A program made the translations under genes and the position numbers. Under the pieces are notes generated by a model that made no database searches, was not told the origin of the DNA, and saw only the letters and a program-made list of their open reading frames with translations. Of a DNA stretch of 64,000 bases, positions 20,324-29,925 are shown in pieces (within the stretch, counting starts at the first letter, position 1; every line of letters begins with the position of its first letter). Origin of the DNA: Candidatus Pacearchaeota archaeon (GTDB lineage: Archaea > Nanobdellota > Nanobdellia > Pacearchaeales > GW2011-AR1); NCBI GenBank assembly GCA_026395815.1, contig JAPLXZ010000012.1, positions 487 through 64,486 of the forward strand, in the 5' to 3' direction.

Positions 20324-21169
20324 ATGCAAGAGGTAATTTTTTTATGGGCATTGGCTTTAGTGTGGATTGTATTTGCAGTCTTTCAAGATTTGAAAACAAG
20401 GGAAATCGCAAATTGGCTTAATTTCTCTTTGGTGATATTTGCTTTGGCATTCAGATTTTTTTATTCTCTTTTTTACAATGATGGATTTTCTTTTTTTTAT
20501 AATGGCTTAATTGGCTTGGCAGTTTTTTTTATGATAGGAAATCTACTTTACTATGGAAAAATGTTTGCTGGAGGAGACGCTAAATTAATGATAGCTCTTG
20601 GGGCAATATTGCCAGTTTCTTTAGATATTCTTTCCAATCTAAAAAACTTCCTTATTTTCTTTTTAATTTTTCTTCTTGTTGGTTCTTTTTACACTCTTGC
20701 AACGAGTTCATTTTTCTGTCTAAAAAATTTTGATTCTTTTAAAAAAGAATTTTCAAAGAAATTAAAAGAAAAAAAGAGATTGATTTGTGTTGTTATATTT
20801 ATTGGATTAGTCTTAATTTGTTTAGGATTTATTCATTTCCTCTTTCTTTTTTTGGGAATTTCCACTTTTATTATGGTTTATCTGTATTTATATGCAAAAG
20901 CAGTTGATGAAGCGTGTATGATAAAATCAACTAACACAAAAAAATTGACAGAAGGAGATTGGTTGTATAAAGATTTGATTATTGGAACAAAAACGATTAG
21001 GGCAAATTGGGATGGTTTAACTAAACAAAATATAAGAGATATAAAAAAGAAATTTAAAACAGTAAGAGTAAGACAAGGAATTCCTTTCACACCAGTTTTT
21101 TTACTAAGCTTTATTGTTTTTGTTGTTGTTAATATACTCAAAATAGATTTATGGAATTCTTTTTGGTAA
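20324..21169 (+). CDS. Prepilin peptidase (A24, PibD/FlaK-like)
   Basis: QDLKTREI and GGDAKL catalytic aspartates; EGDWL and GIPFTP C-terminal motifs; multiple TMs. Confidence 0.9.
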   Translation: MQEVIFLWALALVWIVFAVFQDLKTREIANWLNFSLVIFALAFRFFYSLFYNDGFSFFYNGLIGLAVFFMIGNLLYYGKMFAGGDAKLMIALGAILPVSLDILSNLKNFLIFFLIFLLVGSFYTLATSSFFCLKNFDSFKKEFSKKLKEKKRLICVVIFIGLVLICLGFIHFLFLFLGISTFIMVYLYLYAKAVDEACMIKSTNTKKLTEGDWLYKDLIIGTKTIRANWDGLTKQNIRDIKKKFKTVRVRQGIPFTPVFLLSFIVFVVVNILKIDLWNSFW

Positions 21170-21718
21170 CCATAACTTTTCTTTTATTTGCTGTATCTTA
21201 GGCTTTTTTATTTTTTTTATTGATTTTGTTTCTAATTCTGCTCTTAATCTTTCAAGTTCTTCCATTGTTGTAGGATTTCTTTTTGAATTAATATTCTCAT
21301 CTTGGTATACAGGAATAAGATTTATTACACTATGCCCAAATAAATTAGAATTTGAAATCTGAATATCTTTTGGTTTTAATTTTGTTTTTATCCTTTTAGC
21401 TATTTTTTTTGCGAGAGATAATGATTTTTTTTGAACTTTTTCTGAATGTTCTTTTGAGATTATCAATGCATGCCCGTTAGATATAGGATTTATTTCAAAA
21501 ACAGCAATGGCTTTATCATTTTCATCTATCTTACAAGAGTTTATATTTCCAGAAATAATCGAACAAAATACACATTGATTTTTTGATTCATTATTTATCA
21601 TCTTATTCTTTTCTAAGAAATCTTCAAGTTGTTACTCTATTTTTTCTGCAGGAAATGTTGATTCTATGTGGTTGATTATTTCGCTCTTTAATTGATCTGT
21701 TTCTTCTTCTGATAACAT
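21149..21718 (-). pseudogene. HIT-family protein with degenerate histidine triad and in-frame stop in its N-terminal extension
   Basis: CVFC..INPISNGHALII; ATG at 21718 is in frame but interrupted by TAA at 21634-21632; the part from 21601 could still be translated. Confidence 0.6.
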
Positions 21719-21748
21719 GCAGGAAAAAGATAAGACATATTTTTATAT

Positions 21749-22021
21749 TTAACCAAATGCCCTTCGCATATCAATTACCTGAATTGAGCTGACATCTTCT
21801 ATATTTTTAAGTTCTGTTTCAAGGGTTTCAAGTTCAAGCTCTTCTGGCCAAGCAAAAAAAGCAATTATTGCTTTTAATCCAAAGGCAATTGGTTCTTCTT
21901 CGAATTTGCAATTTTTTCCGCCTTTTTTTTCAACAAGAGATTTCACTATTTCCTTAATATTTTCTAGTTCTGTCTCTGGAGATGTTGGCATTATTCTTAT
22001 TTTAACTGCTGTGATTCCCAT
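21749..22021 (-). CDS. ef1b: Elongation factor 1-beta
   Basis: KIRIMPTSPE..EEPIAFGLKA. Confidence 0.93.
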   Translation of the reverse strand: MGITAVKIRIMPTSPETELENIKEIVKSLVEKKGGKNCKFEEEPIAFGLKAIIAFFAWPEELELETLETELKNIEDVSSIQVIDMRRAFG

Positions 22022-22133
22022 ATTTTAATGGGATATAGTTTGTTTATAATGTTTTCTGTCTCAAAAATTCTTGGAAAAAATATAGAAAATTTTTGACAAA
22101 AATACTTAAAAACATAAAAATTCTTTTGGATAA

Positions 22134-23081
22134 ATGCCTATGGAAAATTATGATAGGATTCTTGAAAAAATAGCAAGAATCTCTAAAATTGAAAAAGAGG
22201 AACTTGAAAGAAGAGTCGAGGCAAAAAGGGCGAAGCTTTCTGGGTTGATAAGCAAAGAAGGAGCAGCACAGGTAATTGCCGCAGAACTCGGAATTTCTTT
22301 TGACAACGAAAAATTAAAAATAGAAGAACTATTGCCTGGAATGAGGAAAGTTAATACTGTTGGAAAAATAATCAATGTCTCTCCTATAAGGACATTCAAA
22401 ACAAAAAAAGGCGATGATGGAAAAGTAGTAAATTTATTTATTGCAGATGAAACTTCTAATATAAAAGTTGTTTTATGGGATACAAATCACATAGGACTGA
22501 TTGAAAAAAGCCAAATTATTGAAGGGACAGTTGTTGAAATCTTTAATGCAACTATGAGAGAAAATGAATTGCATTTAGGAAGTTTTTCAGAAATAAAAAT
22601 AACTAATCAAATTTTAGACAGCGTTAAATCAGATAAGAGTTTTGCAGAAAAGAAAATTTCATTCCTTAAGATTTCTGATAACGTAAGAATAAGAGCTTTT
22701 ATTGTCCAATCTTTTGAACCGAGATTTTTTTATGTTTGTCCAAATTGCAAGAAAAAAGCCAATCAAGAAGTAGATGGGCTTTTCAGTTGTTTGGAACATG
22801 GAAAAGTTGCTGCAGAAAAAAGAGCTTTGCTGAATATTATACTTGATGATGGAACAGAAACAATAAGAACAGTTGCTTTTCAGGACAATCTTGCAGACAT
22901 TGGATTGACTAATTTGGAAAATTTAGAAGAACTAATCTCCCAAAGAGAAAAGCTTCTAGGAAAAGAGATGTTGTTTTATGGAACAGTCAGGAATAACAAG
23001 GTTTTCAATACTCCTGAATTTATTGTAGAAAAAGTGGAAGAAATAAATCATGATTTGTTAATTAAAGAATTTGAAATGTAG
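22134..23081 (+). CDS. rpa: Replication protein A (OB folds plus Zn finger)
   Basis: GLISKEGAAQVIAAELG, ADETSNIKVVLW, CPNC..CLEH, DDGTETIR. Confidence 0.85.
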   Translation: MPMENYDRILEKIARISKIEKEELERRVEAKRAKLSGLISKEGAAQVIAAELGISFDNEKLKIEELLPGMRKVNTVGKIINVSPIRTFKTKKGDDGKVVNLFIADETSNIKVVLWDTNHIGLIEKSQIIEGTVVEIFNATMRENELHLGSFSEIKITNQILDSVKSDKSFAEKKISFLKISDNVRIRAFIVQSFEPRFFYVCPNCKKKANQEVDGLFSCLEHGKVAAEKRALLNIILDDGTETIRTVAFQDNLADIGLTNLENLEELISQREKLLGKEMLFYGTVRNNKVFNTPEFIVEKVEEINHDLLIKEFEM

Positions 23082-23148
23082 TTTAATCTATTCTTTAAAT
23101 TCTACAACGATTTTCCTACAAAAATATGTTGGAAGAATTTGAAATGTA
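23065..23148. repeat. 16-bp direct duplication of the RPA 3' end enclosing an imperfect hairpin
   Basis: AAGAATTTGAAATGTA at 23065-23080 and 23133-23148. Confidence 0.7.
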
Positions 23149-23157
23149 ATTTATTGC

Positions 23158-23427
23158 TTATTTAGAGTTTTTAGTATCCCTATAATCTAACTTTTCTTTG
23201 AAGAGTATTTTTCTTAATTTTGAGGTTTCAGGATTTTCTTTTTCATTCCAATAAGGTATAACTATCTTCTCTCCTTCAGATCTTCTTATATCTGCTAAAA
23301 CAGTTTCATCGTCTCCTTTTTTGAGTATTAAACCAAGAAAAACAGGGCCTTTTTCAGAATAATAATCTCCATCAATTACATGATATCCTAAAGAGGTCAA
23401 GCTTTTTCTTATTTCTTTAATGTTCAT
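23158..23427 (-). CDS. Hypothetical protein
   Basis: 89-aa ORF with TATA-like box upstream. Confidence 0.6.
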   Translation of the reverse strand: MNIKEIRKSLTSLGYHVIDGDYYSEKGPVFLGLILKKGDDETVLADIRRSEGEKIVIPYWNEKENPETSKLRKILFKEKLDYRDTKNSK

Positions 23428-23516
23428 GTCAATATTAAATTAAACGTTCTTATAAATAACATTATAATCTAAAATATATTATAAAATTTATAAACAAATT
23501 CTCCCTGTAATCTATT

Positions 23517-23972
23517 ATGTTTTTCAAAACTCATCTTGTAATTGCTTTCTTTTTTGTTTTGATTTTCTTTCAGCATATAGAGAATCCAATTATCTTTTTG
23601 CCTGTTGTCTTTTTTGCAACAATCATTCCAGATATAGATAATAGATTTTCAAAAATAGGACATCACAAAATCTTTAGGATTTTCAATTTTTTTATTAGGC
23701 ACAGAGGAGTAATTCATAGCTTTACTTTTCTTGCAATTATCTCTATTTTCATTTTTTTGTTCTTTAAGGAAATTTTAATTCCGTTTACAGCAGCTTATTC
23801 TTTGCATTTAATCTTAGATGGCTTTACTAAAAAGGGCATTAAACCGCTTTATCCATTAAAAAAAGAGATGAAATGGAAAATAAAAACAGGAGGAATTATT
23901 GAAACTGTCCTATTTATTATATTCTTCTTAGTAGATTTGCTATTAATTGCAAAAAAATTCAATGTACTCTAG
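23517..23972 (+). CDS. Membrane-bound metal-dependent hydrolase (YdjM-like)
   Basis: KTH, PDID, HRGVIHS, HLILD motifs. Confidence 0.85.
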   Translation: MFFKTHLVIAFFFVLIFFQHIENPIIFLPVVFFATIIPDIDNRFSKIGHHKIFRIFNFFIRHRGVIHSFTFLAIISIFIFLFFKEILIPFTAAYSLHLILDGFTKKGIKPLYPLKKEMKWKIKTGGIIETVLFIIFFLVDLLLIAKKFNVL

Positions 23973-24007
23973 AATATATCTGATATATATCTAATAGGCA
24001 AATAATC

Positions 24008-24015
24008 TTTATAAA
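24008..24015 (+). promoter_or_regulatory. TATA box of radA (probable leaderless transcript)
   Basis: TTTATAAA starting 29 nt upstream of ATG 24037. Confidence 0.6.
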
Positions 24016-24036
24016 TCAGGACGAGTTCAGTTTTTT

Positions 24037-25053
24037 ATGGCTGTAAAGAAGACAGAAGATGAAGAAGATGATGAAGATGAAGAAGAAACCAAGCCCCTTC
24101 CTGATGGAAAAGAACCGCAATTGACAGACCTTCCAGGAATAGGACCTGCTGTAGCAGCGAAATTAGAATCTGCTGGAATTTATGATTTAATGTCTCTTGC
24201 TGTAATGGGCCCTACAGAATTAGGAGATATTGCTGGGGTTGGAGCAGCTGTTGCAAGGAAAGCAATTCAAGCAGCAAGAAAGATGCTTGACTTAGGGTTT
24301 ATTGATGGTGTAGAATTTGCTGAAAGAAGAGCGAATATACTTAATATTACTACAGGGAGTAAAAATTTTGATGCACTCTTGGGAGGAAAGGGGGTTCAAA
24401 GCAGAGCTATAACAGAAGCATTTGGAGCTTATGGTAGTGGAAAAACGCAACTTGGATTAACACTTGCAGTTAATGTCCAATTGCCTATTGAGCAAGGGGG
24501 AGCTAATGGAAAAGGTGTTTTTATTGATACAGAAGGAACTTTTAGGCCATCAAGAATAAAACAGATTGCAGAAGGACTAGGAGCAAATCCAGAAAAAGTT
24601 TTGAAAAATATTTTTGTTGCAAGAGCATTTAATTCTGACCATCAGATATTACTCCTTGAAAGAATTTCAGAAATGATAAAAAATGGCGAGCCAATAAAAC
24701 TTTTGATTATTGATTCTTTGACAGCACATTTCAGAGCAGAATTCGCAGGAAGAGGACAGTTAGCGGACAGGCAGCAAAAACTGAATAGGTATATGCATAA
24801 CCTAATGAAATTAGCAGAGCAGCATAATTTAGCTGTTTATGTTACAAATCAGGTAATGGCAAATCCAGCACAAATGTTTGGTGATCCTACTACTGCAATC
24901 GGAGGACATATCGTCGGACATGCATCAACTTACAGAATCTATCTAAGAAGAGGAAAGAAAGATTCTCGTGTTGCAAAATTAATTGACAGTCCTGATTTGC
25001 CTGAAAATGAAACTGTTTTCTTTTTAAGCGACAAAGGAGTTATCGACGAGTAA
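24037..25053 (+). CDS. radA: DNA repair and recombination protein RadA
   Basis: HhH N-terminus; GAYGSGKTQ; IDTEGTFRP; GRGQLADRQQKL; GGHIVGHAST. Confidence 0.97.
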   Translation: MAVKKTEDEEDDEDEEETKPLPDGKEPQLTDLPGIGPAVAAKLESAGIYDLMSLAVMGPTELGDIAGVGAAVARKAIQAARKMLDLGFIDGVEFAERRANILNITTGSKNFDALLGGKGVQSRAITEAFGAYGSGKTQLGLTLAVNVQLPIEQGGANGKGVFIDTEGTFRPSRIKQIAEGLGANPEKVLKNIFVARAFNSDHQILLLERISEMIKNGEPIKLLIIDSLTAHFRAEFAGRGQLADRQQKLNRYMHNLMKLAEQHNLAVYVTNQVMANPAQMFGDPTTAIGGHIVGHASTYRIYLRRGKKDSRVAKLIDSPDLPENETVFFLSDKGVIDE

Positions 25054-25220
25054 CCCATAAATTTTTAATTTATTTATTATTTACCTGTTCTATCATTCCA
25101 AAAATAAAATATTCTAAGAATTCTGAACATTTCCAAAATTTTTTTAATTGTCCTCCAAGAAAAAAGATTTATAAACCCTTTTTTCCTAAATAAACTATCA
25201 AAGTTAGTGTTAAAAAAAAG

Positions 25221-27356
25221 ATGGTTGATAAGAAGAGGTTTGATAGAAGTACAGAAAAATTCTTAAAAGTTATTCCTAAAAATGAAATCTTAATGATTGT
25301 AATTGTATTGGCTCTTGTTGCTATTGTTCTTGCAGCAGCACCATGGGCTGGTAAACCTGTTTTAAACGGTCCGGCTAATGCTAGTTCATGGTCAACATTA
25401 ATAACTCTTAGTTGTAATAGCACAGAGGTTGAATTTCCATTGAATGCAACATGGTATTATAATGCAAGTGGAGGAGAGATTGCCCTTAATGGAACAACAT
25501 ACAGATTGGGAGAAAATAATACTAATCCTGTTTCCTCAGATCCTTTCACCCTTGTTGTAGATGCTTCTTCGTTTCCTGATTCAAATAGTTATAATGTTAC
25601 TTGTGTAGTATGCAATTCTACTTGTAATAGTACAAATGTTCTACGTGGTTGGAGGGCTAACTATTCGTCACAATCTACCATTAATGTTACAATTGATAGT
25701 AAACCTCCAAGGGTTACTGGATTGTCAATCCTGAATCTTACAGATGGAAATTTTGGAAATTACAGTAACAATCTAAGAATAAATGTAAGTGTTAATGATA
25801 GCACTATTAGTGCTCCAGGAATAGTACAGGGTCGAGCTGAGAGGATGAATGTATCATCAGTTTATTTTAACTTTAGTTATATTAGTGGTTTGAATGTTAC
25901 TGGAATGTCAAATCTTCTTGCAACCAGAGAGAAAAGGGGTAATTCGTGGATATTTGCAATTAACCTTAGTGATCCTACTGTATGGAATGCATCAGACGGA
26001 TTTTATTATGTTTATGTAACTACAAACGATACTGTAGCTAGTACTGAAAATCCAACAGGTAATTACAATAGAACCACAAAAATTACAATTCTCGTTGATA
26101 AAAGTACAGCCCCTCGTGTTGTTGATTTCGTAGGGACTATTAATGATTCAGTTAAAACAGGAGTGATTACATTAAATGTAACTGTATGGGGTGGAAATGT
26201 TAGTGATGTATATTTTAATATAACAAATAGAAGTGGTGGCGGTGGCGCAGGTGCACATCCAACTGGCAGACAAGTTAGTTTCAATAGAAGTTCTATTGCC
26301 GGATTGAAAGTAGGAGTAAAAACCAGTAAAGTTAGCAATTATTATAATTATACTTTTAATAGTGCAGGATTCCCTGATGGAAAATATAATATTACAGTAT
26401 TTGCAAACAGGACAAATTATACCCAGTTTGCTGGTGAAGCAGATCCTACTAATTTCAGTGAAAGTGTGTTAAATAATTCAGAACATATACAAATAACAAT
26501 AGATAATACTGCACCTTCAGCAACATATACATGTAGCCCAAGTTCAACTACTTTAGGACAAGTTGTCAAATGTACTTGTGTAGGAAGCGATGGAACTTAT
26601 GGTTCTGGAGTTAAGTCAACAACTACAACTACAGGTACTATAACTGCTACAGCAACAGGAACATTTAGTCCTACTTGCACTGTTACAGATAATGTTGAAC
26701 TTTCAACTACTGCAACTGGCACATACACAATTACTAGTGTGGGAAGTGGAAGTACTGGTGGAGGAGGCGGAGGTTCAGGAACTACAACAAGCAAGGCTAC
26801 AATTACTCCTGAAAACCCTGCAACCATGACTGGATTTGCAGAAGGTACAGGAATAAAGGCAATTGAAATTGCTGTTTTACAAAGCGTGGAAAATGCTGCA
26901 GTAGTAGTAACAAAATATGATACTAAACCAACAGCAGTTCCTGTTGAGAAAACAGGCAAAGTATACAAATATGTGCAAATATCTGCTCCAGATTTAGGAA
27001 CTAAATTAAAGACAGCTACTATAACTTCATTTGTTGAAAAAACTTGGGTAACTCAACAAGGATTGCAGAAGGAAGATGTTGCACTATTCAAATTTGATGA
27101 AGCTACAAACAAATGGTACGAATTGCCTACAACTTATTCAAAAGAAGATACTAATAATTATTATTACACTGCTACAGTTTCAAGCTTCAGTTACTTTGTA
27201 ATTGCAGCTAAGACAGTAGAAGCACCTCCTGTAGAAGAGCCTCCAACAGAAGGAGTAGCAGGTATACCTCTTTGGATTTGGATTGTTGCAGGAATAGTTA
27301 TAGTAGGAGCAATAGTTGTTGGTGGTGGACTTGCTGCTAAGAAGAGAAGAAAGTAA
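25221..27356 (+). CDS. Surface glycoprotein with Ig-like repeats and PGF-pre-PGF-like domain
   Basis: Signal TM, many NxS/T sequons, Gly/Thr linker, TVSSFSYFVI motif, C-terminal TM plus KKRRK. Confidence 0.75.
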   Translation: MVDKKRFDRSTEKFLKVIPKNEILMIVIVLALVAIVLAAAPWAGKPVLNGPANASSWSTLITLSCNSTEVEFPLNATWYYNASGGEIALNGTTYRLGENNTNPVSSDPFTLVVDASSFPDSNSYNVTCVVCNSTCNSTNVLRGWRANYSSQSTINVTIDSKPPRVTGLSILNLTDGNFGNYSNNLRINVSVNDSTISAPGIVQGRAERMNVSSVYFNFSYISGLNVTGMSNLLATREKRGNSWIFAINLSDPTVWNASDGFYYVYVTTNDTVASTENPTGNYNRTTKITILVDKSTAPRVVDFVGTINDSVKTGVITLNVTVWGGNVSDVYFNITNRSGGGGAGAHPTGRQVSFNRSSIAGLKVGVKTSKVSNYYNYTFNSAGFPDGKYNITVFANRTNYTQFAGEADPTNFSESVLNNSEHIQITIDNTAPSATYTCSPSSTTLGQVVKCTCVGSDGTYGSGVKSTTTTTGTITATATGTFSPTCTVTDNVELSTTATGTYTITSVGSGSTGGGGGGSGTTTSKATITPENPATMTGFAEGTGIKAIEIAVLQSVENAAVVVTKYDTKPTAVPVEKTGKVYKYVQISAPDLGTKLKTATITSFVEKTWVTQQGLQKEDVALFKFDEATNKWYELPTTYSKEDTNNYYYTATVSSFSYFVIAAKTVEAPPVEEPPTEGVAGIPLWIWIVAGIVIVGAIVVGGGLAAKKRRK

Positions 27357-27391
27357 AAAGATTTTTAATGTTTCTTTTTTTGTAGTTCTTT

Positions 27392-28663
27392 ATGGATAAT
27401 AATATAATTAATTTTGATGATGTTATTTTCGCAGATTTACATATCCATTCTAGATTCTCAAGAGCATGCAGCAGCAATTTAACATTTGAAAATCTTGTGA
27501 AATGGGCTAAGATTAAAGGCCTGAATCTACTTGGAACAGGAGATTTTACTCATCCTATTTGGTTGAATGAAATAAAGGCAAAGCTAATTGAAAAGGATGG
27601 TTTTTATTATTATAATGATTTTCCATTTATAATCTCTGGAGAAATATCCTTGATGTATTCTCAAGAAGGTCCTGTCGGTACAAATTTTACAAGTGAAATT
27701 CGTAGAGGAAGGAGAATACATCTTTTAATGCTCGTTCCTAATATCGAAATTGCAGATAAGATTAATGCTTATTTAGATACCAAGGGGAGAAGAGATTATG
27801 ACGGCAGACCTATATTCAAAATTTCTGGGGAAGAATTTGTTAGAGAGATGATGAAAATCTCAAAAGATATTGAGATTATACCTGCTCATTGCTGGACACC
27901 TTGGTTTGGCATATTTGGAAGTGCTTCTGGTTTTGATAGCTTAAAGGAATGTTTTAAGGAACAAATTGAGAATGTTCATGCAATTGAAACAGGGATGTCC
28001 TCGGACCCTGAAATGAATTGGAGAATAAAAGAATTGGAAAACAAGTCAATTGTAAGTTTTTCAGACGCGCATAGCTTTTGGCCGTTCAGATTAGGAAGAG
28101 AAGCAACCATCTTCAAAAAAACTGATTTTTATAAAGAAATTATTGAACAAATAAGAAACAATACATTTGTAGCGACCATAGAAACAGATCCTGCTTATGG
28201 AAAATATCATTGGGATGGGCATAGAGCCTGCAAATTCTCCTGCGAGCCAAATAAAACTAAGGAATTAAAAGAAATATGCCCTGTATGTAAAAAACAACTG
28301 ACTATTGGAGTAGAGAATAGAATAGAAAGACTTGCTTATTATCCAAAAGGATTTAGAGCAAAAAATGAAAAGCCATTCTATAGATTACTTCCTCTTCAAG
28401 AAGTAATTGCGTTGGCAGTAGGAAGTGGTTTAGAAAGCAAATCTGTTTGGCAAGTCTATAACCTTCTTATTGAAAACTTTGAGAATGAATTTAATATTCT
28501 TCTTAATGTATCAAGAGAAGAATTCTTGAAAAAAAATGTTGATATTAAACTTGCTGATTTAATCATAAAAAACAGGGAAGAAAAAATAAAAATAAAACCG
28601 GGCTATGACGGAGAATATGGAAAGGCAGTAATAGGGATAGGAGAAAGGCAAGCTATCTTATAA
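27392..28663 (+). CDS. Endonuclease Q family (PHP domain) protein
   Basis: ADLHIHSRFSRA, LGTGDFTHP, PAHCWTPW, SDAHS, GKYHWDGHRAC, CPVC, PGYDGEYG. Confidence 0.9.
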   Translation: MDNNIINFDDVIFADLHIHSRFSRACSSNLTFENLVKWAKIKGLNLLGTGDFTHPIWLNEIKAKLIEKDGFYYYNDFPFIISGEISLMYSQEGPVGTNFTSEIRRGRRIHLLMLVPNIEIADKINAYLDTKGRRDYDGRPIFKISGEEFVREMMKISKDIEIIPAHCWTPWFGIFGSASGFDSLKECFKEQIENVHAIETGMSSDPEMNWRIKELENKSIVSFSDAHSFWPFRLGREATIFKKTDFYKEIIEQIRNNTFVATIETDPAYGKYHWDGHRACKFSCEPNKTKELKEICPVCKKQLTIGVENRIERLAYYPKGFRAKNEKPFYRLLPLQEVIALAVGSGLESKSVWQVYNLLIENFENEFNILLNVSREEFLKKNVDIKLADLIIKNREEKIKIKPGYDGEYGKAVIGIGERQAIL

Positions 28664-28674
28664 TTTTACTTTAT

Positions 28675-29094
28675 TTACTTTAAATTCATAATGTATTCTT
28701 TTAGATACGGATGAAAAGATGTTGTAAAATAATTTTCCAGTTCTTCTGGGTTGACCCATTTTAATTCTACAATTTCGTCTTTAGGCTTTTCTTTTCCTTC
28801 CACAACTTCGCATAAATAATAAACTAACAAGAAATCTTTCTTTTCTGAAAATATCCTTGTAAAAATATTTCCTAAATTCTCAACCCTAAGTCCTGTTTTC
28901 TCTTTTATTTTTTTCTTTAGAGTTTTTTCCAGCTCTTCTCCAAATTCTGCTTTTCCTCCAGGAAATACCCAGCTTAATTTTGGAACATAAGGATCATTCT
29001 CCCTCTTTCCTATTAATATCTTTCTTGTTTTTGTGTTAAAGATTATTCCAAGAAGAATTACCTGAAAACCTTCTTTAGATATCATTGTTTTCAT
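28675..29094 (-). CDS. NUDIX hydrolase (degenerate Nudix box)
   Basis: WVFPGGKAEFGEELEKTLKKKIKEKTGL. Confidence 0.8.
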   Translation of the reverse strand: MKTMISKEGFQVILLGIIFNTKTRKILIGKRENDPYVPKLSWVFPGGKAEFGEELEKTLKKKIKEKTGLRVENLGNIFTRIFSEKKDFLLVYYLCEVVEGKEKPKDEIVELKWVNPEELENYFTTSFHPYLKEYIMNLK

Positions 29095-29181
29095 ATAATA
29101 TTTTATTCAAATTTGCCTATTTAAGCTTTTCTTTTTGATAGAAAATAAGAAAATATTAAGAAATATTTTTTAACAATCTTG

Positions 29182-29901
29182 CTATTTTTCTTTAACAGAA
29201 AATTCAACTCCTAATTTCTTTGAATCTTTCTCGATGGTGTTTATAACTTCTTTCAATTTTTTGTCAGCTATTTTAATATCTTCTGATTCAATTTCTAAAG
29301 TATATCTTCCTGCTGAAATGTATTTTATGTTTATGCCATTTAAATTTTCTAAAATCTTCTTGATTAATCTTATGCCATCCGATTTTGTTGTTGTTAATCG
29401 AATTTCTTTTTTTATTGTTGATTTTTTCTTTTTTTGAGTATTCAATATTTCTAAAACTTTCTTTGAACTTTCTTTACCAATAAGTTCTTCCAACTTATTT
29501 GGATTTAATTTTGCTTCTTCTAAAACTTGAAATATTCTGCTCTCCTTTGAAATTTTTTTGATTAATTCTTCAGATTTTTCCCCCAAAACACTTTTTAATA
29601 TGCTGATATAACTTTTTTCTTGCTTATCTTGCTCCATTATCTCTTTTTTTTCTTTTTGAGTTACTCTTCTTAATGATAAATCTATGTTTCCTTGTGCAGA
29701 AATTCTTAAAACTTTACATACTATCTTTTTCTTTGGCACGACATAATCCCTGATATTTCTGATTCTTCCAGGAGCAATTTCACTCATAACAATATTTCCT
29801 TCCAGTTCTTTGTTCTCAAAAGGTATTTTTACAGAGACAACAGTTCCAACTATTCTTTCTACTGTACATAAAACTGTATCTCCCACTTCTAATTGTTCCA
29901 T
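29182..29901 (-). CDS. eif2a: Translation initiation factor 2 alpha
   Basis: S1 domain SEIAPGRIRNIRDYV..KVLR..IDLSLRRV; YISAGRY. Confidence 0.9.
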   Translation of the reverse strand: MEQLEVGDTVLCTVERIVGTVVSVKIPFENKELEGNIVMSEIAPGRIRNIRDYVVPKKKIVCKVLRISAQGNIDLSLRRVTQKEKKEIMEQDKQEKSYISILKSVLGEKSEELIKKISKESRIFQVLEEAKLNPNKLEELIGKESSKKVLEILNTQKKKKSTIKKEIRLTTTKSDGIRLIKKILENLNGINIKYISAGRYTLEIESEDIKIADKKLKEVINTIEKDSKKLGVEFSVKEK

Positions 29902-29925
29902 ATTTTAAGAAAAAAGCCTTAGGTT

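Noticed and set aside
10404..21169. Archaellum (motility) operon
   Set aside because: No recognisable archaellin, FlaH or FlaF/G; the content fits a type IV pilus-like system.
21632..21634. Stop-codon reassignment or programmed readthrough
   Set aside because: TAA terminates most genes in the window; a single case is better explained by a mutation or assembly error.
24037..25053. Inteins in RadA or Hef as the source of the LAGLIDADG domains
   Set aside because: Both proteins are of normal length with contiguous motifs, and the LAGLIDADG ORFs lack intein splicing termini.
27670..27709. BHB-type mRNA intron in endoQ
   Set aside because: No 4-bp central helix with two 3-nt bulges could be drawn at the hairpin base.
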